In this document: positions 1 to 11,858 of the stretch, piece by piece | Layout of the letters: the number at the start of each line of letters is the position of its first letter | Position numbering within the stretch: the first letter of the stretch is position 1 | NCBI GenBank assembly: GCA_025558095.1 | Contig: JAIVFI010000006.1 | Location: forward strand, 845,728-909,727 | Length of the DNA stretch: 64,000 bases | Direction: 5' to 3' | Source of the DNA: Hyaloraphidium curvatum SAG 235-1 | Lineage: Eukaryota > Fungi > Monoblepharomycota | Program-made: the position numbers and the translations under genes | Notes under the pieces: model-generated | Told to the model about the DNA's origin: nothing | Databases searched by the model: none | Seen by the model: the letters and a program-made list of their open reading frames with translations, nothing else

Positions 1-900
1 CTGCTCCCCATCCTCACGAAGTCGAATCCCCCTCCCTCCCTCACGGCCCTCTTGGACCGCCATCCCTCCTTGCTCCCGCTGCTGAACGGGATCGACGAGA
101 CCCCGGTCAAGATGACCACGCTCCCCATCTCGATCTCGATAGAAGACTCGTTCCGCTGCCATGGCACCGCCGACGCGTGGCGTCGCCTGGCGGATCTGGT
201 GACCTGGCTCATCGAACGGCTAGAGGAGGAGGAGATGACGGAACCGAACTCGCCCGAGGGGCTCAAGAGGAAGTGGCGGCGCTTCCCGCGCACGCTGCGG
301 CTTTCCCTGCGGAGGCGGTCCCTGCCCTACCACGCCTCCCGCGAATCCAAGACCATCGCGACGCCATACTCCCTCCTGGACACCGCCACGGACATGGACG
401 CCCGCGTTGCCAAGACGGTTCGCGCGATCGAGGGCCCTTTCCGCGCGCTGCTCCTCGCCCATCCCTACCCCGGCTCGACGGAAGCGGAACGGCTGGATGC
501 GGCGGCCAAGGACATGGTCATACTCAACCTCGCTGTGACGGGCTTCCAGAAGGAGTGGGCGCAGGGAAGCGCGGACATTGGCAAGTTCCTCGTGCGGAAG
601 GAGCCCGGCGCCGCGGAGCCAGCACCCGAGGGCGGGCAGCAGCAGGCCAAGGACGCCCCGCCCGCGAAGCCGTTCTTTGCAGACCGCCCCGAGGCCGTGC
701 CGAAGGATAAGCCGGTACCGGCGGCGGTGCTGGAGAAGCTCGGGATCGACCCGAAGACGTTCGCGGAGCTGCCGCCCGAGATTCGCGCCGAGATCCTCCG
801 CAACGGCACGCCGCAGGACGGGACCGCGCGGCCGCTGCCACCTCCTCGGCCCGAGAAGAGGAAAGGAGGGCCGATGGACCGGTTCCTGCGCCAAGGTTGA
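1..900 (+). CDS. 3' part of a Y-family DNA polymerase (Pol iota-like): little finger, ubiquitin-binding motif, PIP-like tail; gene starts upstream of the window
   Basis: Frame is open from base 1. SISIEDSF, PRTLRLSLR..SRESK and ILNLAVTGF resemble the Pol iota little finger. GIDPKTFAELPPEIRAEIL is UBM-like; MDRFL sits at the C-terminus. Confidence 0.65.
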   Translation: MLPILTKSNPPPSLTALLDRHPSLLPLLNGIDETPVKMTTLPISISIEDSFRCHGTADAWRRLADLVTWLIERLEEEEMTEPNSPEGLKRKWRRFPRTLRLSLRRRSLPYHASRESKTIATPYSLLDTATDMDARVAKTVRAIEGPFRALLLAHPYPGSTEAERLDAAAKDMVILNLAVTGFQKEWAQGSADIGKFLVRKEPGAAEPAPEGGQQQAKDAPPAKPFFADRPEAVPKDKPVPAAVLEKLGIDPKTFAELPPEIRAEILRNGTPQDGTARPLPPPRPEKRKGGPMDRFLRQG

Positions 901-963
901 GGTCGGGAAACGGTGTACTGAGGCAGCCCAACACGAGAGAGCATCCTAGCCCGATTCAACACG

Positions 964-2900
964 TCAGAGCATCCCCTTGAGGTACGCCCACGTGAGCACC
1001 GTGACGATGATGGCCGCCACGATGCAGGCGAAGGTGATGAAGGGGATCAGGTTGTCCTGGTCCGGGTTTCCGTCCGACTGCCAGGGAACCCGCATGTTCA
1101 TGCCTGGCGGAGCGGCGTGAGACCAGGGCGCGCAACAGAGGCAACCAGGTGAAACCTACCCCACATGCCGGTCAGCAGATTGAACGGCACGATGATACTG
1201 GCGAGCAACGTGACTGCGGGAAAGCTCAGCACGAGGATTGACGTGCTCAGCCGCAATGAGGTGCCCACCTCGATTCGTCATGTCGTTCGAGTTGGCCGTC
1301 GACGCCGAGATCTCGATTTGGATCCTGAAAGGCATGGTTACCTGGGGATGTTAGTCGACGAGACTATTGGAGCCCACCTTGCCAGGTACGAGTTGTGCGC
1401 CCGAGCCAACGTCTGCTCCTGGAATTGAAGGTTGCTCATCATGCCCGTAACGTTGTCCCCGACGTCCGACAGGTACAGCGCCAGCTCCGAGATCCCGAGT
1501 TCGTTGAACCGGCTCTGCAGCCTCCGCTTCATGCTCTTCAGGGTCACGGGCTTGCCCGACAGCAGCCGCATCAGCCCCATCACCCGCTTCTTGCTCTCGT
1601 TGATCCGCGCCACCATCTCCTCCTGGCTCTCCTTGCGCAGCATCCCCACGAGCTCCTCGATGCTCGCGGCCTCCATCTCGGTCGACCGCACCTGCGGCGC
1701 GAACCCGTCGCAGACGGCGTCCAGCAGCGCGTAGCAGATCCAGTCCGGGCCCGCCGACATGTCGTACGTCTGCAGCATCTGGTGCCGCCTGTGCACGGCG
1801 GCGACGGCGGGGAGCGGGCGGCTGTGGAAGGAGAGGATCCACGGCGGGGCCGATTTGCTGCTCCCCATGGAGACGGCGATGTTGAGGTTCAGCCCGCGGA
1901 TCTCGTCCGCGTCCTCGCCGTCCTCGTCGTCCATGGGGTCGATGGCCCGAAAGAGCACGAAGAAGTAGCCCGGGTAGAGCTGCAGCTTCTCCCGGCCCTC
2001 GTAGCCAAAGTCGCCCGAGCGGATCCTGCCCTCGATGATGTCCTCGGCCGTGAGCGGGTGCAGGCCAAACACCTTGGAGAACATGACCATCTCCGAGTCG
2101 GTCACGTCCAGCACGTCGATCCAGAACCACGGCTGGGCCGCGAGCAGGGCGGGGGAGAAGCTGAAGTTGGGGGAGTGGACGGGGTTCGCGAGGTCCGGGG
2201 AGTGGAGGACGAAGCGCGTGACCTGCGGCACGCCGTTGAGTTCATATGACGAGGAGGTGGAGCCGGACTGCAGGAGCAGGCAAGTCAGACGGGGCCAAGC
2301 CGGCGCCAACGTTGGTTCCGTCACCTTGAAGGGGCCCGAGATGCCGTTGGAATCCTTCTTCTCCGCGAACCTGACAGCCGACTCCTGCCACTTGGCCAAA
2401 AACTCCAAATCCAGCCCGCCCGTCTCGATGTGTTTCGGAGAGTCTTTTGGCTTGCCGCCCGTCAACGAAGCCCGGGGCTCCCTTATCCGCTCCGCGGGAA
2501 CCACGTCGTCCCCGTCGTCCAGGTCCAGCGAGTCCAGATCCCCCTCCTCGTCGCTCTCGTGACCGGCGTCGTCCATGTAGTCGTAGCCGGGCAGGCTCCC
2601 GACCACAGACCGCCGCCTGCCGCGGACGTTTGCCGCCGTCCGCACCGGCGACACCGGCGACACCAGCGGCGGGCCGAGGCCGCCATCGCCCTCGCCGTCC
2701 ATTCCCTGTTGCCGCATGAGCAGGAAAAAGTCCGAGGTCGGGCCCTGCGCCTCCGGGGTGCCGAGCAGGTTGCGCGGCGACATGGGCACCATGTTGGGCG
2801 ACGCCGGCCCGAGGCCCGTGCTGCTCGCCGTCCGCGTGGGGAGCAGCGGCGACGGCGGCGCAGCATTGGCCTCCAAACGCGCGGATCCGGAGGCCGACAT
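964..2900 (-). CDS. CorA-family Mg2+ transporter (ALR/MNR2-like), spliced
   Basis: FWIDV, FGLHPLTAEDI, REKLQLYPGYFFV, DWICYALLD. Three short 3' introns rebuild GMWGMN (GMN motif) and two TM helices, ending in TGA at 964-966. Start codon uncertain. Confidence 0.85.
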
Positions 2901-3296
2901 GGCGTCCCGAAGGGCCCGGGGATCCGCGAGAAATCGAGCTTCTGCGGGTGGCGGAGCACGTGGACAGGCCACGACGCCGAGTCGTCAACACCGACGATCT
3001 CCCGTGAAAGCTCCTTCCTGCTACTCTACAGGAGATGCAATGATAGTGCGGGCGCTAACTGTCGAAGATTCCTGGGAGAATGATGGGGAAAAGCTCGACC
3101 AACCGTCGACTTCGCGGAAGCGACGACCTCGGACTTGACGGGGCACGATGCGAGGTATCGGGAACCGTAGATGCTCAAGCGACCTTGGTATCTGACTAGC
3201 AAATGCAGTAAGTGCTATACATCTCGGCGCTGTGAAGCGCAAGAACCCCGCTACATGCTCCCTGGTCACACCGATCTAGCGAAGCCTGCTCGCCGC

Positions 3297-4121
3297 TCAG
3301 TCGCTGCCGCACCACTTCCACTGGATGTGCCACTTCTTCTCCACCTTGAAGTCGGTCGAGTCGGTCGTCAGCAGGGCCTTCTTGTGCGCGTCGCCGCCCC
3401 TGTGACGAACAGCAAATCAGCGATCGGCCGGGGAATCGTGCGGCGAGAGAAGCCCACCAGACCGAGACCTCCTCCTTGATCTGCAGGTTGCGCTTGGCGC
3501 CGCACGGGCACCACACGAGCTGGGCGCTTTCGGCGTGGTCGCTGAAGAGGTAGTCGTCGTTGAAGGGGCCGGCGAAGTTGGTGGTGAAGGTGGCCTGGTC
3601 GGTCTCGCCTAAGGGGGAGGTCCGGAATCAGATCGCGGCGCACGAACGAAAGCGAACGATGAGACCGACCCTGGAAGTACAGCGTCGTCCTCTGCCTCCC
3701 ATTGGTCCCCGCGTCCAGAGCCGCGAACCCTCTGGTGTCGACCTGGTACACCGCGAACGAGAGGCCCTGCGGGTACTTGAGCTTCACGCTGAGCTGGCAG
3801 AACTCGCGGCCCTGGGCGGGGGTGCCGGGGCTCTGGGCGGCGAAGTCGTCGTAGAGGACTGCAGAGAGAGAGAGAGAGAGGATGGTGAGCAGGCGATCGG
3901 GGGGAAGCGAGAAGAGGAGTACCGGTGAGGGCCTGCTTGTCGTCCGAGATGGAGACCGCGGCGGAGCCCCCGGGGCAGCCGCTGCCGCCGTAGGTCACGT
4001 CTTCGATGGAGATCTGATCGTAGGGGATAGCGGGCTGACGCTTGTCGAGCCCGACGACGGGCGAGGCGAGCGCGGAAGCGGCGAGCGCCAGGAGCGCGAG
4101 GGCAAGGGCGACGGGCTTCAT
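3297..4121 (-). CDS. Secreted DUF4360-family protein, spliced
   Basis: Signal peptide MKPVALALALL; VTYGGSGCPGGS; FCQLSVKLKYPQGLSFAV; WCPCG; ends WHIQWKWCGSD*. Confidence 0.85.
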
Positions 4122-4668
4122 GGCGGGCGGTGACGTGGAAAGGAGCGCGGGTGCCGATGTTCGGAGCTTAATGGCGGGGCGAACGTCGTTGGCCTGTTCC
4201 CTTTTATTCAGAACGCGAACGCAGCGGCGATGCCAGCGCATGCATCTGGGATTTCGGGGAAGCACAGCCGACGCGGGATGCTGCACAACCGCAGCGTGCA
4301 GCATGTCATCACATCACATGGCATTCGGGGTTACGTGCATCTTTTGTTGCGCCATGCTGCTTGTCGACGGCCACCTGCCGATGGCCCCGGTCCCATAGCA
4401 GGTAGACAATTGGGGCGATCGGCCGCCGGCCCGTACTAAGGCGATGAGCTGGGGCACGGCGCGGTCAACCCCGGTCAACGACGGATCGCTCAAAGAAGCG
4501 CCAAAAGAATAATGGAAGACGATTATTCTACATATCCGTGTGACCGCCAGCTTGCTGCCTTTGCATCCGTGCGTCAGGGTTGGCCGGTGGGTGGGGGACG
4601 GAATCTCGGGGTCCTCCGCCTGTCCGACTCCCGACCGCCTCCCGCTGCCCGACCGCATCGCGGCGCCG

Positions 4669-6609
4669 ATGTGGAAGTCCAAATCGACGCCGTCGTCCGA
4701 CGCCACGCCGGCGCAGCGGCTCGAGATGGAGATGCTCGCGGCGGTCAAGGCGGCCAACGCCGACATCCTGCGCGGCTACGCGCTGCGGTTCGACGCGCCG
4801 CTCGACCACGCCGACCCCGACGACGGCCAGACGCTGCTGATCAAGGCGGCGATCCACGAGAAGGGGCTGGAGCACCGCGTCTCCCTCTGCCGCATCCTGC
4901 TCGAGAAGGGCGCGAACCCCGACGGCAAGGCAAAGAACAAGAACGCGCAGACGCCGCTCATGTACGCCGCCTCGATGCCCGCCTACAACGTGCCCGTGCT
5001 GCGGCTGCTGCTCGACTACGGCGCGGACATCGACGCCCTGTCGGGCCAGGGCCACACGGCCATCTCGGTCGCCGCCTACCTGGGCCACGAGTCCAACGTG
5101 CGCTTCCTGCTGCGCGAGGGCGCCGACATCGCCGTCAAGGACGGCCAGGGGAAGACCGCCACGGACTGGGCCCGCGACAAGGAGCGGCACAAGATCGTGT
5201 CGATCATCGAGAAGAGCGAGCAGACCCGGTTCGCCAACATCGAGCGGCGCCTGCGGTCGCTCGAGACCAGCCTGGGCCGCTCCTCCTCCACCACGCCGGC
5301 CACCCTCTCCTCGGGACCCTACGCCATCCAGGCGGAGAAGGAGGGCGTCGACGGCGAGGGCGGCCCCGGCGAGGCCCCCGCCAACTACTCCCCCATCCCC
5401 ACCAACATCTCCAGCATCGCCCAGATCCCCGAGCTGATCCTCATGGAGGCCCGCATCGAGGAGCTCGAGCGCCGCGTCGCGCAGCTGATGACGCAGGACT
5501 TTACCAAGGCCCCCAACACCTCGGCCGAGCTGTCTGGCCTGTTCACGGGGATCGTGGGGCTGGAGAACGTCAAGAAGCAGCTCGAGACGTTCCTCCGCAG
5601 CGTCAAGATGGACGTGCAGCGCAAGAAGGAAGGGTTCAAGACAAAGGAGGACAAGTCGGTCCACATGGTGTTCATGGGCAACCCGGGGACGGGCAAGACC
5701 ACCGTCGCGAGGTTGGCGAGCTCCCTCTTCCATCCCCGGGATCGGCTGACCCCGTCATTCACAGAGTCGTCGTCGAGGGCCTCAAGAAGATTGGGATCCT
5801 AAAGCCTACCGCCCCCTTCCTCGAGCTTCAGCGCGAGGACCTCGTCGCCTCGTACATGGGCCAGACCGGCGCCAAGGTCAAGGCGCACTTCGACGGCGCC
5901 AAGGGCGGCGTGATCTTTATCGACGAGGCGTACCGCCTGTGGCGCGGCGAGGGCGGCGGGGGCGGGGACACGGGAGGAGGGGACTATGGCCGCGAGGCGC
6001 TCGAGGCGATCATGGCGCAGATGACGAGCCAGAACAACAGCATCGTGTTCATCTTTGCGGGGTACCCGGCGGAGATGCAGGTGGGTTGGAGCCGGGCTTG
6101 GGAGGTGTCGGGTCGAGATCACTGATTGATCTCCGCAGCGCTTCCTCGACGCCAACCCCGGTCTGCGGCGGCGGATCCCCTACGTCTTCAGTCTGTAGCC
6201 ACTCCCCGCGGTTTCTACCGCTCGGCTGACCCATGTGCCGCCCGCAGCCTTCGACGACTACCGCCCCATCGACCTCGCCGAGATCTTCATCCGCTGCGCG
6301 GCCAAGAACGGCTTCAAGGTCGCCCCCGAGCTGCGCGAAGCGCTCCCGGACATCTTCGAACACTCGTTCAGCAAGGAGCAGCGGTCCCGCGCCAACGGCG
6401 GGCTGTCGGAGCGGCTGTTCAGCTACGCGAAGCAGGACCTCGACCAGGTGGGCGGCATCTGGCGGATCGGGAGGGGACGGAGCTGACCGGATTGCTGTCG
6501 CGCGCCTCAGAACCTGGATGAGGAGGCGACGGGGGAGCAGCTGGTTACGATCGGCAAGGAGAACGTCGAGAAGGCGGTGGAGGTGATGAACGAGCTCGGG
6601 GCGCTCTAG
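4669..6609 (+). CDS. Ankyrin-repeat + CbxX/CfxQ/SpoVK-type AAA+ ATPase, 4 introns
   Basis: Ankyrin repeats (GQTLL, QTPLMYAA, GHTAISVAA); IVGLENVKKQL; HMVFMGNPGTGKT (Walker A); GGVIFIDEAY (Walker B); NPGLRRR. Introns 5712-5764, 6081-6138, 6191-6247 and 6448-6510 give a continuous frame. Confidence 0.88.
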
Positions 6610-6841
6610 TGGCTGGTTGCGGCCGGGCGCCGACCGCCACGGTACCAGAAGCGGATAAGGTGAGAGTGCTCCGGTGTGGCCGAGGCGCCGCCGAGGCTGA
6701 CTTTCCGACCTCTCGGCCGGCATCGCTTGAACCCGTCCGGACAAGGCCAAGCAGAACATTCGCCCTCGACGGCGCTGCTCGACCGCGTCTGAATCAGTCC
6801 TTTGGAGACTTCTGACCTGAAACCGGCTGCGGACCGCCGAC

Positions 6842-8564
6842 ATGTCTCTCGCCATCGCCACCGCGACGGTGGGCGGAGAGCTCCGGCAGCACTTTGATGG
6901 CTGGGGCACCACCATGTGCTGGTGGGCCGGCCAGGTCGGCTCGTGGTCGCCGGCAAAGATGAAGGAGATCCTCGACCTCTGCTTCTCCAAGAACGGGCTC
7001 AACCTGAGCATCGTGAGGTTCAACATCGGCGGCGGCGAGAACCCGCAGTGCCCGTTCGGGGCCGGGCACATGTTCGAGGCCAGAGACATGCCCGGGTACG
7101 CTTCGGCCATGACCAAGACCAAGTCGGGGGCGGACTTCACCTGGACGTTCGACAGGGACAAGGCGCAGCAGAACGTGCTCCTCTACCTTCTGAAGGAGAC
7201 CGCGGCCGGAAACTACCGCGTCAACTACCTCGAGGCCTTCAACAACTCGCCGCCCTACTTCATGACCAAATCGCAGTGCGCGTCCGGGTCCAAGAACGGG
7301 GACAGCGACAACCTGCCGGACGACAACTACGCCGCGTTCGCGGACTACGTCGTGGGGGTTCTCAAGTGGTTCCGCGACACGCACAAGGTCGAGTTCAACT
7401 CGCTCTCGCCCTTCAACGAGCCGTCGAGCTGGTGGTGGAAGGCCGGCGGATCCCAGGAGGGCTGCGCCATGTCGATCAAGGCCCAGGAAAAGATCTTGCC
7501 GCTCTTGGACCAGAAGCTGCACGAGGCCGGGCTGACCAAGACAGAGCTGATTGCCAGCGACGATAACTGTGTCGATGATTGCTATGGTTGGCCAACGTTC
7601 CGCGGCTGCTCTAGCCGAATTGACTGACGTGATACCCTCCGTTTGCCAGACACTTACTTCCGCGGCGCCGAGCTCGATTTCAAGACCAAATCCGGCGGGG
7701 GCCTCAAGCGCATCAACACCCACACCTACGCCGGCGAAAGCATCCCCGCCAAGGACCGCATCGAGCTCTTCCTGGACAACAAGATCCAGGGGCGCAAGCT
7801 ATGGATGAGCGAGTACTCGTCGGGTGGCCTGGGACAGCACCACGGCACGTCGATGGACGGCGCGATCCCGCTGGCAAAGACCATCATGCAGGACCTGAAG
7901 TACCTGGGCGTGGAGGCGTGGATCGTCTGGCAGGTGATCGAGGGGTGGAAGGAGAACGTACGGATCAACCAAAACGTAGGTTTCCGGCGGGCGGGCTTTG
8001 ATCCCCCGCCGACTTCCTTCGATCCAGTGGGGCTGCATCTGGGCCGTCTACTCGGACTTCCCGGTTGGCAACGAGGTCTACCAGCGTGAACGTTACCACG
8101 CCTCGAAGCAGTACTGGGTGCTCAAGCAGTACGCCCACTTCATCCAGCCGGGCTCGACCATCATCACGGTCCCCATCCAGCCCGACCCCAACAACGAGGA
8201 GATCTCGGCCATCGGCGCCGTCAATCCCGACGGCACCGTCATCGTGGTCGCGCACAACCTGACTGGAGCGGACTTCCCGGTCATTTTCGACCTCGGACCG
8301 CGGTTCCAGGTCGCGGACAAGAACGTCGAGCGGTTCCGCACCGGCGACGAGGAGTACTGCCAGGCCGTGCCCGGCGTCGTGATCCAGGGGACATCGTTCA
8401 TGGACTCGCTTCCGAAGCGGACGGTGACGACGTACCGGATCCGGGCAACCCCGGTGCAGGGTCAGATCCCGGCGTTCAACCCGGAGCTGAGCAAGTCGCA
8501 GCGGAAGGAGCTGAAGAGGCAGGAGAAGAAGCAGAAGAAGGCGCAGGAGAAGAACAGGCAGTGA
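6842..8564 (+). CDS. Glycoside hydrolase family 30 (endo-beta-1,6-galactanase-like), 2 introns
   Basis: FDGWGTTMCWWA, LNLSIVRFNIGGG, EAFNNSPPYFMT, PFNEP (acid/base), INTHTY, LWMSEY (nucleophile). Introns 7587-7649 and 7976-8027. Confidence 0.85.
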
Positions 8565-8605
8565 TGCAGTTATGAATGACCGCGATGTTGAACGGAAGAA
8601 GTCGC

Positions 8606-10027
8606 TCATGCTCCATGCCCGTTCGCCGAGCCCGCGAGCCCCTCCGCGATCCCATCGATGACCGGCAGCACCGCCCGCACGTCCTCCTCCGTGGTCCTGT
8701 AGTTGACGAAGCACACCCGCATGCACGTCGCCCCGTCCACCACTGCGGGGGCGAGGAACACCCTCCCGTCCACCTGAACCGCTGTCGCCAGGCGGGCGTT
8801 GAACGAATCGACGTCGCCGCTGCCTGCGCATATGTGGCGGAAGCAGATGGTGGAGAGCTGCGGCTCGTGCAACAGCTCGAAGGACGGATGCGCGCGCACG
8901 GAATCGGCAAACAGCCTCGCGTTGTCGAGGGTGCGGTCGATCCATCGCCTGTACTGGTCGGCACCGTACAACCTTAAGGCCAGCCACAGCTTGAGTGCGC
9001 GGAAGGGCCGCGAGTACTCGAGCGTGCGGTCCACGGCGTTGACGGTGTCGGGCTTGTGCAGCATGTACTTCTCGTCGTGGGCGAATGCGCGGAGGAGGGA
9101 GGACGCGTCGCGGACCATGACGAGGCTGCAGCTCTTTTGCAGGCCCATCCACTTGTGCAGGTCCACGGTGACGGAGTCGGCGCGGTCGAGCCCGCGGAAG
9201 AGGGGAGCGGCGCGCTTGGTGGCAGCTGCTGGCAGGCCGTAGGCGCCGTCGACGTGCAGCCAGACCCCGAACTCGGCGCACACGTCGGCGATGGCGTTCA
9301 GCGGGTCGACGGCGCCGGTGAGGGTGGTGCCCGACGTAGCGATCACGGCGACCGGAGTGATCCCGGAGGCCACGTCTCTCGCGAGAGCTTTCTTCAGCTT
9401 CGCGACGTCCATGCGGCGGGAGCCGTCGATCGGGATGCGGCGCACGGCGTTACGTCCAAGGCCAGCGGTCTCGACAGCGCGAACGTTCGAGTGGTGGGCC
9501 TCGTCAGAGCAGTACACGGCGGCCTTTGAGCCTCCGACACCGTCAATCCGCGATCCCGGAATCGCCCGTTCCCTCGCCGCGAGCACGGCGGTCAGGTTCG
9601 ACGTCTGCCCGCCGCTTGTAAAGTGCCCGTCGGCCGCGGGGTACCCGATGAACTCGGCCATCCACCGCACGGCCTGCGCGTCGAGCTTCTCGGCGGTGCC
9701 CGCGGCGGTGGCGAGGTTCACGTCGTACACGGCCCCCAGCGCTGCGGCGAGCACGCCGGCCTCGAGCCCCGAGGAGCCGATGTACGCCAAATAGAGCGGG
9801 CGCGACGGCGACACCGACGCCTCGAGCGCGGCCACCGCGTCGCGCAAGGCCGCGTGGCTGTCCCCCGGCGCCTCCGGCAATGGGTCCGAGAAGTGCGCGA
9901 CCAGCGCTCCTTCGGGCGTCGGCTCGGCCGGCCGCGGGTGGTTGAACGACGCCCACGCGCCCTCAATGTAGCGCTCGAGCTCATCGAGGAGCGTTGCACG
10001 ACCGTCCAAGTGCTCGCTCGTCGCCAT
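8606..10027 (-). CDS. Group II PLP-dependent amino-acid decarboxylase (aromatic/glutamate/DABA decarboxylase family), intronless
   Basis: FTSGGQTSN, SDEAHHS, GTTLTGAVDPL, WLHVDGAYG, DSVTVDLHKW (PLP lysine), SRPFRALKLW. Confidence 0.93.
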   Translation of the reverse strand: MATSEHLDGRATLLDELERYIEGAWASFNHPRPAEPTPEGALVAHFSDPLPEAPGDSHAALRDAVAALEASVSPSRPLYLAYIGSSGLEAGVLAAALGAVYDVNLATAAGTAEKLDAQAVRWMAEFIGYPAADGHFTSGGQTSNLTAVLAARERAIPGSRIDGVGGSKAAVYCSDEAHHSNVRAVETAGLGRNAVRRIPIDGSRRMDVAKLKKALARDVASGITPVAVIATSGTTLTGAVDPLNAIADVCAEFGVWLHVDGAYGLPAAATKRAAPLFRGLDRADSVTVDLHKWMGLQKSCSLVMVRDASSLLRAFAHDEKYMLHKPDTVNAVDRTLEYSRPFRALKLWLALRLYGADQYRRWIDRTLDNARLFADSVRAHPSFELLHEPQLSTICFRHICAGSGDVDSFNARLATAVQVDGRVFLAPAVVDGATCMRVCFVNYRTTEEDVRAVLPVIDGIAEGLAGSANGHGA

Positions 10028-10486
10028 CGCTCTTGGCGCCGGAAGGAAGGCTGGGTTGCTGGACCCCGGAATTGTGGCAAGGAGGTGCGCGGTGCAGGCG
10101 AGTCATCCGTCGATCAAATGAAATCGGACGAGCACTTGCATTCTTGAGCTTTCGAACGGATGCTCTCTGCCGGTCATGATGATAGCCGGCAGGACTGCTC
10201 TTTGGCCGCCGGGAGGAGTGAGAAACTTTGCCTTCATTCGCGACTTTCACCGCGGCAGCCCGAAACCGTATCAAGGAACATGGGCACATAAACAAGGGAG
10301 AAGAGCATGAAGTAGATGGTTTCGCTGCCTACGAATCGGGGGCCGCGAAGGCGTTGGCTCTGAGTATGATCGTCGCCAGGTTCTGTAGGTTGACCCGTCC
10401 TCTATTCCCTCGCGTCTCCTGATAGAGAAGCGCAAGCCGGCACCTCGTCGGAGGACGGCCACGCGTCCGGCCTTCCCGGATCGCCG

Positions 10487-11773
10487 ATGTTGGCCTTCCT
10501 GTCCCGCCCGGGCGGCGTCAAGGACAACCCGCAGCCGCTGCTCCCCGCGCCGGTTAGCGCGGAAACACGCCGCCGCCGCCGCGTCCGACCCGCGTTTGTC
10601 GCGTTCCTCGTGCTCTCCTTTTTCCTGGCGACGGTATACTACCGCTCGATGGAGTCCCCGTTGCCGGTGGACGTCGCGGACAACGCGTCGGCCCCCGCCC
10701 GACTGGACCCGGAGCTCGCCAAGTACCCGGTGGACTACCGCGCCCACGTGTTCTATTACTCGTGGTACGGCAACCCCGAGAACAACGGCAAGTGGGTACA
10801 CTGGAACCACCGCGTGCTGGTGGACAACGGCACGTCCTACGAGCCGCCCGGCGCCATCGGCTCGACCTTCTGGCCCGCGCTGGGGCCCTACTCGTCGACG
10901 TCGCCTTCCACCGTGAAGGAGCACTTTCGCGCGATCAGGAAGGCGGGGATCGGGACGGTGTGCCTGACGTGGTGGGGCCGCGGCGAGTCGGACGAGAACG
11001 GGGAGAGGGGCATGACGGACGCCGTGCTCCCGCTGCTGTTCCGCACGGCCAAGGAAACCGGGCTGCGGATCTCGTTCCACGTGGAGCCGTACCCGGGGCG
11101 GACCGCCAAGTCGGTCGAGCAGGACGTGGCTGACCTGCTGTCCCGGTTCGCGGAATGGGGCAGCGTGCTGGAGCCCGTGTTCTTTGTCTACGACAGCTAC
11201 CTCATCTCCAAGGAGAACTGGGCGGCGGTGCTCGCGCCGGGCACCCCGCTCCGCCGCCACCCGCGGAAACCGGTGCTCCTCGGCCTCGTGGTGAACCAGC
11301 CGGACCTCGCAGCCATCGAGCAGGCCGGGTGGGACGGCGCCTACACCTACTTCGCCTCCCACACCTTTGTTTGGGGCTCCAACCCCCAGAACTGGGCCGC
11401 CATCGCCTCCTGGGCCTCCCGCGCGGGCCGCATCTTCGTGCCCAGCGTCGGACCGGGGTACGACGACGAGCGCGTCAGGCCGTGGAACTCGCGCAACACG
11501 CGGCCGCGCGAGGGCGGGGCGTACTACGACCGCGGGTGGGAGGCGGTGCTTGCCCTGGACCCGCTGCCCAAGGTGGTCTCGGTGACGTCGTGGAACGAGT
11601 GGCACGAGGGGACGCAGATCGAGCCGGCGGTGCCGCACGTGGGGGGGAACGGGTACAGGTACGAGGACTACGAGAAGGACGGGGACGGGAAGGGGGAGGC
11701 AGGGGAGGTGTACCTGCGGAGGACGAGGAAGTGGATCGAAAAGTGGAGCAGGGCGGTCGGGCCAGCGAGCTAG
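10487..11773 (+). CDS. GH99 glycoprotein endo-alpha-1,2-mannosidase (MANEA-like), type II membrane protein
   Basis: N-terminal TM anchor; HVFYYSWY; FWPALGPYSS; FHVEPY; SVGPGYDD; VTSWNEWHEGTQIEPA catalytic motif. Confidence 0.92.
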   Translation: MLAFLSRPGGVKDNPQPLLPAPVSAETRRRRRVRPAFVAFLVLSFFLATVYYRSMESPLPVDVADNASAPARLDPELAKYPVDYRAHVFYYSWYGNPENNGKWVHWNHRVLVDNGTSYEPPGAIGSTFWPALGPYSSTSPSTVKEHFRAIRKAGIGTVCLTWWGRGESDENGERGMTDAVLPLLFRTAKETGLRISFHVEPYPGRTAKSVEQDVADLLSRFAEWGSVLEPVFFVYDSYLISKENWAAVLAPGTPLRRHPRKPVLLGLVVNQPDLAAIEQAGWDGAYTYFASHTFVWGSNPQNWAAIASWASRAGRIFVPSVGPGYDDERVRPWNSRNTRPREGGAYYDRGWEAVLALDPLPKVVSVTSWNEWHEGTQIEPAVPHVGGNGYRYEDYEKDGDGKGEAGEVYLRRTRKWIEKWSRAVGPAS

Positions 11774-11858
11774 GTGATCTCCGTTGTGTTCTTTGTAGTC
11801 TGGCTGCCCACAGAGCGCAACGGCAGACGGTGACTAATGGTCCGCCGTGTGAACAACG

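Noticed and set aside
3863-3880. (GA)n microsatellite, and the G-run near 40972-40987
   Set aside because: Ordinary intronic pyrimidine tracts of minus-strand genes.
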